This document shows, one piece after another, positions 38,735 through 50,169 of a stretch of DNA of 64,000 nt. Position numbers and translations under genes: made by a program. The notes below the pieces were generated by a model that saw nothing but the letters and a program-made list of their open reading frames with translations, had not been told where the DNA came from and made no database searches. The DNA lies in contig OZ024741.1 in assembly GCA_964016885.1 (NCBI GenBank), positions 164,858,001-164,922,000 of the forward strand, read 5' to 3'. The first letter of the stretch is position 1, and each line of letters begins with the position of its first letter. The DNA comes from Eledone cirrhosa. Lineage: Eukaryota.

Positions 38735-39445
38735 GTGATGATGGCTAAAATGACCTAGAGCAAGTTTCTCATGATCGTCAGTGAGGAAACCAACAAATCA
38801 TACTAGTAAATGCTGATGTGGGTTGGATAGGTCAACAATACATCATTTATGATCTACAGAAATAGAAAGCAAGCTCAATGTAATAAAGAAGACATAAAAA
38901 ATGACAAGAAGAAGGGGAGTAGAAGAGAAGGAGGAGATGTTTTGTTACAGAACTATTATTTCAGTATATTTATGTGAATTACCAAAACATAAGGACCATA
39001 AAAACTATCATGGCCCACACTCCAACAGCTGTACCACGTCTACCATCCTAACATGTTGTTAGCAATGTGAAGAATGTGTGTGTTTGTGTATTCATAAATT
39101 ACACACACACACATGTGTGTGTAAAAGTAATAACAAAAATAACAAAACAAACGGTTCTGTATAAGGAAAAATATATTAATTTAATGCTTGATATAGGAGG
39201 AAGAGAGTCTTAGTGTTTCAGACACTAGTCCTTCCTCAGAAGATAGAGTTACAAATAGAAGATGAATAGAAAGTAAATAGTGATGAAAGGAAGGAACGGG
39301 GAAAATGAGAAAAAAATTGGGGCCCTGTGCACACCTAAGCACAATGGTAAATCTGGAACTGCAAACATGTACAGACATATTTCATATTCTGATTTATTTA
39401 ATTTAATACAGTGACGTTATTCTCTACAATATGGTGACCTCCAAC

Positions 39446-39674
39446 TTAACTCTTTAGCATTTAAACCAGCCATATCCAGCTAGAATTCTCTCACCTCTCT
39501 CTGTTCAAACCAGCTGTAACTGGCCACCCACACTTATGCGAAGGTATTGTTCTCAACATAAATAATATCAAAATCTCATAGATTTGATATTATGTGAGAT
39601 AATTATGTGAGGTAAAGCCTCTACTACAAAAATACAATAGTACATATAGAGTAATGGAAATGCTAAAGGGTTAA
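39446..39674. mobile_element. piggyBac-type MITE
   Basis: TTAA-CTCTTTAGCATTT...AAATGCTAAAGGG-TTAA. Same body as 22112. Confidence 0.85.
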
Positions 39675-39801
39675 TCAAGCATAGATGTGATTGAATCATT
39701 AATAAACAGAGGCATGATTGAAACTGCTCAGCACAGCAATTTGGATGATATTTGAACCCATATTTTTCAAAAGAATTTTCTTATCAACTCTCAGATATTA
39801 A

Positions 39802-40724
39802 AATAATAATGAAATTATTGTGTAAAGTGCTCAGGTGCACCACAACTCGTCAATATAGTACATAGAATAATACACAAATGTCAGGGAAGTACATGTGTGT
39901 ATGTTTTAGCTGTAGTGTTGGCGGATCTCGGGAAGCATGGAGGCCTTAAAGGATGCAGTGTCTCGACAGCTAACAACTGATGCAGGTAGTTTGTTCCATG
40001 CTTCAGCAACTCTGAGCGTGAAAAAATGTTTCTGAAAGTCATGGGAACTGTGCTGTTTTCTTACTTCGTGAGCATGTCCACGTGTGTTAGACACATGGAA
40101 ATCAAAAAGGTACTCAGGGTTGTTGTTGGCAAGATGGTTAACAATTTTGTGGGTGTTTACCAAGTCAGTTGCCAGGCGTTGGAGCTTCAATGAATCCATG
40201 CCCAGGGAAGCAAGGCGCTCAGAGTATGGTAGATGCCTGATGGAGGGTATTCGCTTGGTTGCACGTCTCTGAACAGTTTCCAGGCGGTCAATGTCCTGAG
40301 CAAGATAGGGGTTCCAGACTGGTGATGCAAATTCTAAGTGTGGTCGCACCATAGCTGTATACAGCCTTAAATAGATATCTGGAGAGCGGCTGACAAAGGT
40401 CTTGCTGAGACACCCTCGGCCCTCTTGACAATTTTAGAGACATGCCTCGTCCAACGCAAATCGCTGCTGACCGTAATGCCCAGGTCACGTTCACAGGAAG
40501 ACTTCTTGATATTAGTGCTGTGGAGGGAGTATGTGGACGCTGGGTTTTTACTCCCAAAATGCATGGTGGTGCACTTGTCCACAGCTAGCTTGAGTTGCCA
40601 GTCTGAGATCCATTGTTACATTGTGTCCAGGTCAGACTGCAAGCAAGATCTATAGTGTTCAGGATCTGTCCTTTTTATCTCAAGGTACAGCTTGATGTCG
40701 TCTGCGTACTTTAGTACTGTGGCA
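39802..40724 (-). mobile_element. CR1-group LINE, 5'-truncated, RT C-terminal half
   Basis: KYADDIKLY, ERDLGI, VRPHLEFASPVWNP, LETVQRRATK, TRGH and WNKLP motifs. (ATT)n tail. Confidence 0.92.
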
Positions 40725-40937
40725 CCTCTGTTCTAAAAAGGGTGCACAGTAGTGAATCATTTATAATTAAATGTCAGAACATCTTTTGTAATAGGAGAAT
40801 GATACAAATTTGCAATGGCATGTATGATTTTGTGGTTTATATATTTAATACTAAACTACAATACTTATATTTGCTGTCATTATTGTCGGCGTGAATGCAG
40901 TGTATGTATGAGTGTGTGTAAGTAATACACACATATA

Positions 40938-41017
40938 TAAAGTGTCCCACAAAAATATATGCACACTTCAAGAACATTCTAATAAAAGTGTGTATACCTT
41001 TTTTGGAACACCCTGTG
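40938..41017. mobile_element. Tiny Tc1/mariner-type MITE (degenerate)
   Basis: Related to 43450 and 49203, with GTGTCCC..AAAAAT / TTTTTGGAACACCCTG ends. Confidence 0.6.
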
Positions 41018-41196
41018 TGTATATATATATACTAATGGTGACTGGATAGTGTATTGCTTATAAATGTGGTAATTTGAATTCACTATGTGGGTAAGTAATA
41101 TACATATATACACACACACACACACAAATGATGACTGGGTAGTGCATTGTTTGTAAAGGTGGTAAATCGAATTTGCTATGTGTGTGTGTAAGTAAT

Positions 41197-41258
<62 letters not shown>

Positions 41259-42154
41259 ATGATGACTGGGTAGTGTATTGCTTATAAAGGTGGTAATTTG
41301 AATTTGAGCCAATGCAATTTGATTTTTTGCTTGAATTTAGTACCACATGATGAGTAATTTCCTGTGGCTGACATCAGCAGCATGGAAGTTATTTTCCAGA
41401 CACACAGAGACAGGAATTCACATTTATTATTATAGATTACAACTCAGCTACTATGCGTATAAGTCGTACTTTTCCCTCTGAATATCTGAAAAAAAAAAAA
41501 GAACAGCACCCAACCTTTCTACTTGGACCTACAAAAAAAATCTCAATTCCAAATATATTGTGTATTGTAAATATTAGACACATTGCTAATAGCGAAATCT
41601 AACCAGTTGCATTTTAAGTTTTACCTGTATGTGTAGGCATGTCTTTTGTGTGGGAATACTTATAAACTATATGCGAGTATTTAACATATTATCTCTTACA
41701 GAGTTACAGGCATACATGATAAAGTCTGAAGCCAGACTAAGGGAGATAACTCTCGATTTTCAGCAATTTCAATCATTAGATTTTTTTTTACTTTCTCTTT
41801 ATTTTCTTTCATACACACATGTACACGTAACTACAACCATTCACACACATAGACACACGAACAAACATGCATACACACACAAACTTACACGTACATGAAA
41901 ACACTCAGACACATACATATAACTGCGTGCATAGACAAACACACACAATAACATGCATACAGATATCCAGACACATGCACACATATATGCAAGTATGCAA
42001 TACACATAAACACTACATATTTTCTCTTTTTGTCTCATAAACTCCATTTTTTCGTATTTCTCTCTCCATATTCTTCCCCATTCTTCCACCCCAGTTCTCA
42101 TATTTTCTATCTTTTCTCTTTCTCTACCTTTACTTTCTTCACTTTTTCTCATAC

Positions 42155-42204
<50 letters not shown>

Positions 42205-42732
42205 TCTCTTTCTCACACACACCTCCCTTATACTTCCAGTCTACTACAGACCTGTCAACTCTCCCCCGTCAGACGGGGAGATCTCCTACCCACATGGTGG
42301 TGGGTGAGAGATGTCTTCTCTTGTGAAAATAGGTATAGCTTTTATTATGTAAAATCTCTCCATTTTGCCTCATTTCTCCCCGTTTTGGGGCTTTTTTTTT
42401 CATGGTACTCCCCATTTGGGTTTTTGAGGTTGGCAGGTCCGCTACGACTAGACGTTTCATATTCCGTTGTGTATGTGTGTTCGAACAAGCTGTTTGTGAA
42501 AATAACATGCAAGTGGCCAAGCATTTCATAAATACGTGTACTGTTAACATAGTTCTCAGGAAGAGTCAACATGAAGCAGGGTGTAACACGATTGATTCTT
42601 TGAATTCCAGATAAGTTGACTGGAGCAACATAAAATAATGTAACTTGCTTAATACACTGTCAGATATCAAACCCACAACCTTTCAATCATACATACATAT
42701 AGAACTCCTCTATCCTATGCTGGCAAGGAAAT

Positions 42733-42770
<38 letters not shown>

Positions 42771-42878
42771 CATATATATATGAATATAAATATATATACA
42801 GTATATATATATACACACACACACTACATATATATACATATATACATACACACACTACATATATATATGTATATATAT

Positions 42879-43093
42879 AGTCCATGCTGTAAAGTGGTTG
42901 TGTAGGCAACATGGCAAAAAACACCTAGCACTCACTGTAAATGTGGTTGGTGTTAGGAAGGGCATCCAGCTGTAGAAGCCTAGCCAAAAGCAGTTCTGTG
43001 TGAGTGAATCACGGTTCCCCAACCTGATCCCTCACAAAGGGAAAGCCCATCCTACCCAAGATGGATGTTAAACGATGACAATAATGATGATGA
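42879..43093 (+). mobile_element. RTE-tail fragment
   Basis: One 48-mer-like unit plus GGTTGGTGTTAGGAAGGGCATCCAGCTGTAGAA and (GAT)n. Confidence 0.75.
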
Positions 43094-43110
43094 TATATAC
43101 ATACACACAC

Positions 43111-43145
<35 letters not shown>

Positions 43146-43449
43146 AATTCATGCATACATAACAGTGAATACAAACATGGAGGCCAATTACAATAAGTGT
43201 TAGGCGACTCACACTAATATGAAATGGAACAAAAAGTGACATAAAATGTATCAGATATTCATCCTTCATCAGGAAAGAAAAGAAAGTGGGAGAGGGGTGA
43301 GGAGGGACAAGAGGTTAAATAAAGAAAGGTCAATGTTGGCAGGGTGGGGTAAAAAGGAGGAAATGTACAAGAGTGTAGTGGTGTGTCATTGCCTAATAGA
43401 GTTGATGCTCAGAACAATCTAACATCTTACAGCAGGAGTAAAGCAAATG

Positions 43450-43530
43450 GAGGGTGTCCCCCAAAAATGTATACATACTTTTATTAGAATGCTATTGAAG
43501 TGTGTATACATGTTTGGGGGACACCCTGTA
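43450..43530. mobile_element. Tiny Tc1/mariner-type MITE
   Basis: AGGGTGTCCCCCAAAAATGTATACATACTT / AAGTGTGTATACATGTTTGGGGGACACCCTG-TA, ~30-bp TIRs. Confidence 0.75.
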
Positions 43531-44783
43531 TTAATAAAAACATTCTCATACATTAATTTGTTCTCCACATCCAGCCCTGCTGGCTTCATATATAATTATT
43601 GTTGTGGTTGTTTTGCTCCAGGTCAGCCTTAACCCAACAGATGTATGATAAAAGATCTATTTGTGACCATATCTGTCTTTTATTAAGACACGGTCATTCT
43701 ACAACTTCATTATCTAATGTGTCCTTTCTTTCTTAAGATGGTAAGGTGCGATCTGGGAGAAGTGGAATGTGACTGCTATTTCTAGCAAATCGAGTAACCC
43801 ATACCAAGACTCCCCATGGCTGCCATGAGTAAATCTAAGAATTGGCAGTTATAGATTTCTCCCATCTAAATGTGAAAGATGAAAGAATAAGAGTGAGAAC
43901 AACAACAATGATTTCCATCAAAAACCTTAAAATGAAAAAATAATTCAGTCTTGAAACAGAAATTTAAATTTATAATTCAACATCACTACCCTACGCCACC
44001 ACCACCACCACCGCCACCACCACCACCACCATCATTATCATCATCATGTTTGTGTATGTATGTAACATGGCAGCACAGTCCTATATGTGATATGATCATT
44101 TCAAAAAGATGATGTGATAATACAAATGTATGTGATATGATAATAAAAATATGACTGTTAACATCATTAATTTATGGTATATAGAAAATTATGCAAATAA
44201 AACTTGAAGAATTAATTTGGCTTTGGTGATGGTGTGAAAGAGGAGGGATCAAAGACAGAGATAATTAACTTTTTATGTCCCTGTACTGCATGAAACCACA
44301 TTAGCAAGACGTTCTTGAAAAGTACAAAATAGCACTATGATTGAATTACATTAAAAATTTTAGTTTTTAGTTTACTGCAAATTTTCACAACAATCTGTCC
44401 ACTTGTGAAGATGTTATAAACATTTAAATTAATAAACTACATGAAACCACATTAATAAGATATTCTTGAAAAGTACAAAACAACGCTATGTTTGCATTAC
44501 ATTAAAAGATAAAAATTTAATAAAATTAGGTAGTAACATGTGTATATAGATAGGGAGACACAAAGCAGGCTTAGTTTACAAACAGTGAACGAATTTGAAA
44601 ATTAGGTAGTAAGATGTGCTTACACCATATTTGACTAAATAGAATTAGTCTGTTAGTGGGGATTTTAAAAAGCCCTCTGAATGGAAAAAAGGATGAGTAT
44701 TGACATACATGGGACACGAACCCACACCAACACACCACCCATGCTTCCTTCCATTCAATTAGAAGCTATATAACCATAACAGG

Positions 44784-45093
44784 TGCAATCGTAAGGTTGT
44801 GAGTTCAATTCTCAGACTGGGTGATGTGTTGTTTCCTTGAGCAAGTCACTTTATTTCACATTGCTCCAGTTTACTCAGCTGTAGAAATGAGATGATAGGG
44901 ACTGGGGTCCCTATCATTCCACTGCAAAGTTGACGTGGAGGTGCCACGTCAAAAAAGCACCCAGCACTCACTGTAAAGCAGCTTGGTGTTAGGAAGGGCA
45001 TCCAGCTGTAGAAATCTAGCCAGAATCAGTTCCCGTCCCACCCTTGCAAGCAGGGAAAATCGGACGTAAAATGATGATGATGATGATGATGAT
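44784..45093 (+). mobile_element. CORE-like SINE, 5'-truncated
   Basis: Matches 3643-3985 from TGCAATCG onward. (GAT)n tail. Confidence 0.85.
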
Positions 45094-45179
45094 ATGTATA
45101 TCAAAATTCAATGCTACAAATTTTCACATGTCCACTAGTAAAGATACTATAAACATTTGAATTAACAGATCCCAATTTT

Positions 45180-46447
45180 AGTCATTCCAGATAGAGCCGC
45201 TACTTCTCCAAATTGAGAGATTACAGTTCCGATACTGTGGACATGTAGTTAGAATATCTCAGGAAAGAATCGCTGGACAGATTTTACGGGCAAAACCAAC
45301 TGACAGCACACCCAGGGGTAGACGCTGAGCAACGTAGGTGGATAACATCCATGAGATTGGGTGACAAAATCAGCAGTGGGGGAGGGTGGTCTGAAAGTAC
45401 AGTAGCTAGAGTCAGAACGGGATGGAAAAAGTTCAGAGAGCTTATACCACTATTGGCCGCTAAAGGGTTCTCTCTAAAAATGAAAGGCAGGCTGTATGAT
45501 GCCTGCATATGAACAGCAATGTTGCATGGCAGTGAGACCTGGGCATTGTGTGCAGAGGATATACGCAGACTGGAGAGGAACGAAGCTTGCATGCTCCGCT
45601 GGATGTGTAATAGTAATATACGTGAACGGCAAAGCATTAACGAACTAAGGGAAAAATTAGAAATAAGAGAGATCAGATGCTGTTTACATGAGAGAAGGCT
45701 ACGTTGGTATGGTCACGTGATGCGCATGAAAGACGACAGTTGTATAAAAAAGTGCAGGGCAATAAAAATAGACGGTAGCCACGGAGTAGGCAGACCCAGA
45801 AAAACCTGGGACGACTTGATAAATTCCGACCTCACACACTTACACCTCTCCAAGACAATGTCACTGGACTGAGATCTTTGGTGGTACTCGGTAATAGAGA
45901 AGACCCGCCTTACCTAAATACAAAGTAAAACCTACTACAGTCAGTAGGCACCTCTAACAAAATACACCCCTGTCCCACTACCCCCACCCCATCCACACCG
46001 CCCCTTTCAATGTAAAGTTATGTTGGTACCACAACATCCATCCCGAAACAAATGAGGTCATGTAGGTGTCACGACAAAAAAAACACAGTCCACGCTGTAA
46101 TGTGACCGTGTAGGTAACACGGTAGAAACCTCCCAGACCCACACTGTAAATGTGGTTGGTGTTAGGAAGGGCATCCAGCTGTAGAAAACCCGCCAGACAG
46201 TCCTATGCGAGCAAGACAACCACTCTTGCCTCAAGTGGGAAAACTCCCGTCCAAACCCATGCAAGCGTGGAATATGGACGTTAAACGATGATGATGATGA
46301 TGATGATGATGATGAGATTGGCTGGTCTCACTTGGGGATCTAGCCAGACCAGTTGGAGATGGTTGCTTGTGACAGGACCCGCTGGAAGGACTGTTTGAGG
46401 ACTCTGCCTTCATGACCCTCACAGGAATAAATGGGCGAAGAAGAAGA
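45180..46447 (+). mobile_element. RTE LINE family B 3' fragment, split by a family A insertion
   Basis: EPLLLQIERLQFRYCGHVVR translation and (GAA)n tail. An uninterrupted copy lies at 48145-48866. Confidence 0.82.
45361..46313 (+). mobile_element. RTE LINE family A, longest copy
   Basis: LGDKISSGGG...ARVRTGWKKFREL...MLHGSETW...LRWYGHVMRM. Flanked by the duplication ATGAGATTGG. Confidence 0.92.
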
Positions 46448-48144
46448 TTCCAATCTTAGACATTTTCTGTTAAATCATTACAGGATGTTAAGAGTTAAAT
46501 AACATAATCAATTGTCTATTGAAACATTTTCTTTTTAAACAAAATGTTTCCTAACTTTCTACCATTTCTGACCAAGGAGTATGTTGACTATTGTTATGTA
46601 GTTTCCTGTATTGCTAATTCTACATAGACACAGTAGGTTTTGATGGTGGTAGTAGTGGTAATGGTGGGAGATAGATGGTTGTGGTGGGAGGTATGGTTAT
46701 GCTGCTGCTGCTGTTGGTGATGGTGGTGGTGATGCAAGTGGTGGTGTTGGTGTTTGTGCTGTTGTGGTGGTGGTGGTGGTATTGATGGTGGTATGGATGG
46801 TGGAACAACTGCCACTAATAATTCTGCTAATCTACCTCCCTAGACCAATACATTATTTTATCAACCTTCAAATGGAGGAGCAAGTCAAAGGTCCCCTCAT
46901 TGGAATTCGAACTTAGAATATGGGGAACTGGAACAAATACTACAAGGCACTTTGTGTCCTAAGCTCTAATGCCTCTGCCTTGGATATTACTTTTGAATTA
47001 TATAGTGTATAGAGGACCTAGTATAATGATCAATAAAATATCTTGTAGATGTCTTAATTATTTCTAATTCAGGCACAAGACCAGGATTTTTTTTTTGGGG
47101 GGGGGGGGTGCATGATAACGCTGATTAAACTGATTTCAGTACTTCAGTAGTACTTTATTTTATCAATCTCAGAAAGATGAAAGGCAAACTTGAGCTGACC
47201 ATGATTTGAACTCAGAACACAAAGAGCTGTTACAAATGCCACAAAACAATTTATCTGATGCTGCAATGATTCTGCAATATACTGCCCTCTAATATTCCTA
47301 ATAATAGACAACATAGTTTTACCATATAGTACTAAATACAAAGAATGATACAAGACCATATAGGTTTACCATATCTATTTCACTATTATGGATGAACTGG
47401 AGGTATAGCTTTTGTTCTGTTACCGGACAATATTTGTGTTGTGTCACGGCGCTTGTTTGAAGGAACATTTCCACATACAGTATAGATATAATTGAAAACA
47501 TATTTTCTTCAAAGCTTATGTTTCCAGTGTAAAACAACTGTGAAATTATTGTTACAGCATTGATTTTCCAATGTTTTACATGGAAAAATCTATGAAAAAA
47601 CTGTGATGAAAGTAATTCAACAAAGGAAATATATTGCACAGAATTCTGAAGTATAGGCTTTACTGAACTGATGGTATCTATTATTGCATAAAGAGAGAGG
47701 TAGAAAATAAAGGATCAAAAGAAGAGGGGTGAGAGGGGGAAGGAGAAAATTAGATAGGGTGAGGAAGAGGGAGCAATGGAGGGAGAGAGAGAGTGGGTGG
47801 AGAAGAGGGAGCAGGGGAAAGAGAGAGAGAGAGAGAGAGAGAGGAGGGATGTAAATTAGAGTGTTCTCTCTTTAATAACTGAATTATTAAGATATTTACT
47901 GTTATGTGGAACATTCAGAAGAAATAAAAAGAAAATGGAGTAATGGAGATATTGTAAGTGAAGTCCTTTTGGTTTACTATCTATTAATTGATACCTCATG
48001 AACGCACGGTTATAAAGTACTCTCTAGATACTCCATTTATGCAATGTTATATACTGAGCTGTATTGCCTGCTAATTTGATAGACCAAAATACCTGACTAG
48101 TTGTGAGAGACATTTGATTACTTGTTTTTAGAGCAAATTTCTTT

Positions 48145-48866
48145 TCTTCTTCTTCACCCACTTATTCCTAAGAAGGTTGTGGGGGCAGAGTCCTCAAACA
48201 CTCCTTCCAGTGGGTCCTGTCAGAAGCAACCATTTCCAACTTATCTGGTTGGAACCCCAACTGAGACCAGCCAAGTTCATGGATGTTATCCAACCATCTT
48301 GCTCAGGGTCTACCCCTGGGTCTCCTGCCGGTTGGTTTTGCTCATAAAATCTGTCCAGTGATTCTTTCCTGATACATTCTAACTCCATGTCCATAGTATC
48401 GGAGCTGTAATCTCTCAATTTGGAGAAGAAGCGGCTCTACCTGGAGTGACTCTCTGATCTCCAAGCTATGCACTTTGTCGAGTAACGTTACTCCAAAGAC
48501 CCTTCAGAGGAACCCCATTTCGACCACTTGTATTTGCAATCATATTCTCTCGCTCATTAACAAAGATTCATGACCATAGGTAAGGTTTGGCACAAATACA
48601 GAATTGAAGATAGCGGTTTGGCTTTCACACCTACTTCCCTTTTTCTGATTACCGAATGCTGAAGCTGGTGCATTACTGTACCAACTCCTGCAATTCTTCC
48701 ATTTATTTAAGCCTCCTGCCTTTCACCACTCATGAACATGACCTGAGATACTTGAACTTCTCCACCTGCTTCAGTAGAACTCCATTCACATCTAGAGTGC
48801 ACTGTGTAAGCTTTTTTGAGAGGATGAGTGTCTCAGTTTTTGCAGCACTGATTTTCATTCCAGCCA
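48145..48866 (-). mobile_element. RTE LINE family B fragment
   Basis: Reverse-complement similarity to 45180-45360 plus 46311-46447. (CTT)n tail. Upstream KYLRSCS and TYGHE-like relics. Confidence 0.8.
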
Positions 48867-49202
48867 GTAAATTTTATCATCAAATTTTATTATCAAAATC
48901 ATAACTTTCAAACTTTAGTTGAAATTCTCTGCAGCAATACCTTTGCCATTTTGTCATTGAGGGTACAACTGAAACACTTCTCAGACTAGGGTGTAGAGTC
49001 TGTCACTCCTCACCTCTCCTTTTTTTTCATAACTTAATTTCATTTTCCTTACTCTTTTTTTGTTTTCTTTTTATTTTTCATTTTCTTATTGCCATATATA
49101 TTATAGTTTTTATCAGATTTTATTTATATGGACCATACTATACCATGTATTTATAGTTTGAATTAATTACTTTTGTTAATGTAAATAAATTTTGTTATAA
49201 AT

Positions 49203-49304
49203 ACAAGGTGTCCCCAAAAATGTATATACACTTGGATTACTTGTACAGGCAATATTTATTAGAATGCTGTTGAAGTGTGTATACATTTTTGGGGGACACT
49301 CTGT
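49203..49304. mobile_element. Tc1/mariner-type MITE
   Basis: TA-CAAGGTGTCCCCAAAAATGTATA...TATACATTTTTGGGGGACACTCTG-TA. Confidence 0.75.
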
Positions 49305-49544
49305 AAATATCATAATCATTTTCATCACCATTGTTTTTATTTCTGCTTTTTCCATGCTGGTATGGGTTGGATGAAACTTTTTGTGGCAGTATTCTCAGCA
49401 AGCAGATGTTCTTCCTTATGTCAACCCTTTCTATACAACTAGTCTTCACACAACAAACCACTGCATAACATATTGTTTATGTAGGATATAAACAAACATC
49501 ACTAGCTTCCCAAGTAATGTCAAGCTGAAGATACATACACATAC

Positions 49545-49895
49545 ATCATCATTGTTTAACATCCATTTTCCCCGCAAGCATGGGTAGGACGAGCTGTCCT
49601 TTTGTGAGAGATCAGATCGGGGGACAGTGTTTCACTCACACAGAACTGATTTTAGCTTGGTTTCTATTGCTGGATGCCCTTCCTAACACCAATCACATTT
49701 ACAGTGTGGACTGGATGTGTTTTGTTGTAACTCCTACACAACCACTTTACAGTGTGGACTGGGTGCTTTTTCTTGTAACTCCTACATGACCACTTTACAG
49801 TGTGTGCTGGACACTTTTTGTTCTAACTCCTCCATGACCACTTTACAGTGTGTGCTGGACACTTTATGTTGTAACTCCTATACAGCCACTTTACT
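49545..49895 (-). mobile_element. RTE-tail fragment with ~4-5 units of the 48-mer family
   Basis: Repeated ACCACTTTACAGTGTG(G/T)...TTGT..TAACTCCT next to GGATGCCCTTCCTAACACCAA. Confidence 0.8.
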
Positions 49896-50169
49896 CACAT
49901 ACATACACACACTCACATGGATATAAGTAATCAGTAACGGTGAAGTAAATGGGGTGAATTGGCAGAATTGTGAAAAGGTCATATAGAATGCTTTGCCATA
50001 TGCATTTCGACTGTCTGTGCTGAGTTCAAATCCCACTGAGAATAACTTGACCTTTCATTCTTCCAAGATCAATAAAAAATAAAATAACCTTCGCCCAGTA
50101 CTGGGGTTGATTCTTCTTTTTTATCTCTTTCTCACTACCCCCCTCTCTCTCTTTCTCTCTCTCAATCTC

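Noticed and set aside
38755-38790. Minus-strand CTGACGA-TCATGA-GAAAC hammerhead-like string
   Set aside because: Stem II is too short and stems I and III do not form convincingly.
42250-42440. Possible hAT-type MITE (GACCTGTCAAC / GTTGGCAGGTC)
   Set aside because: Only an ~11-14-bp imperfect inverted match, single copy in the window and no clear TSD, so not called.
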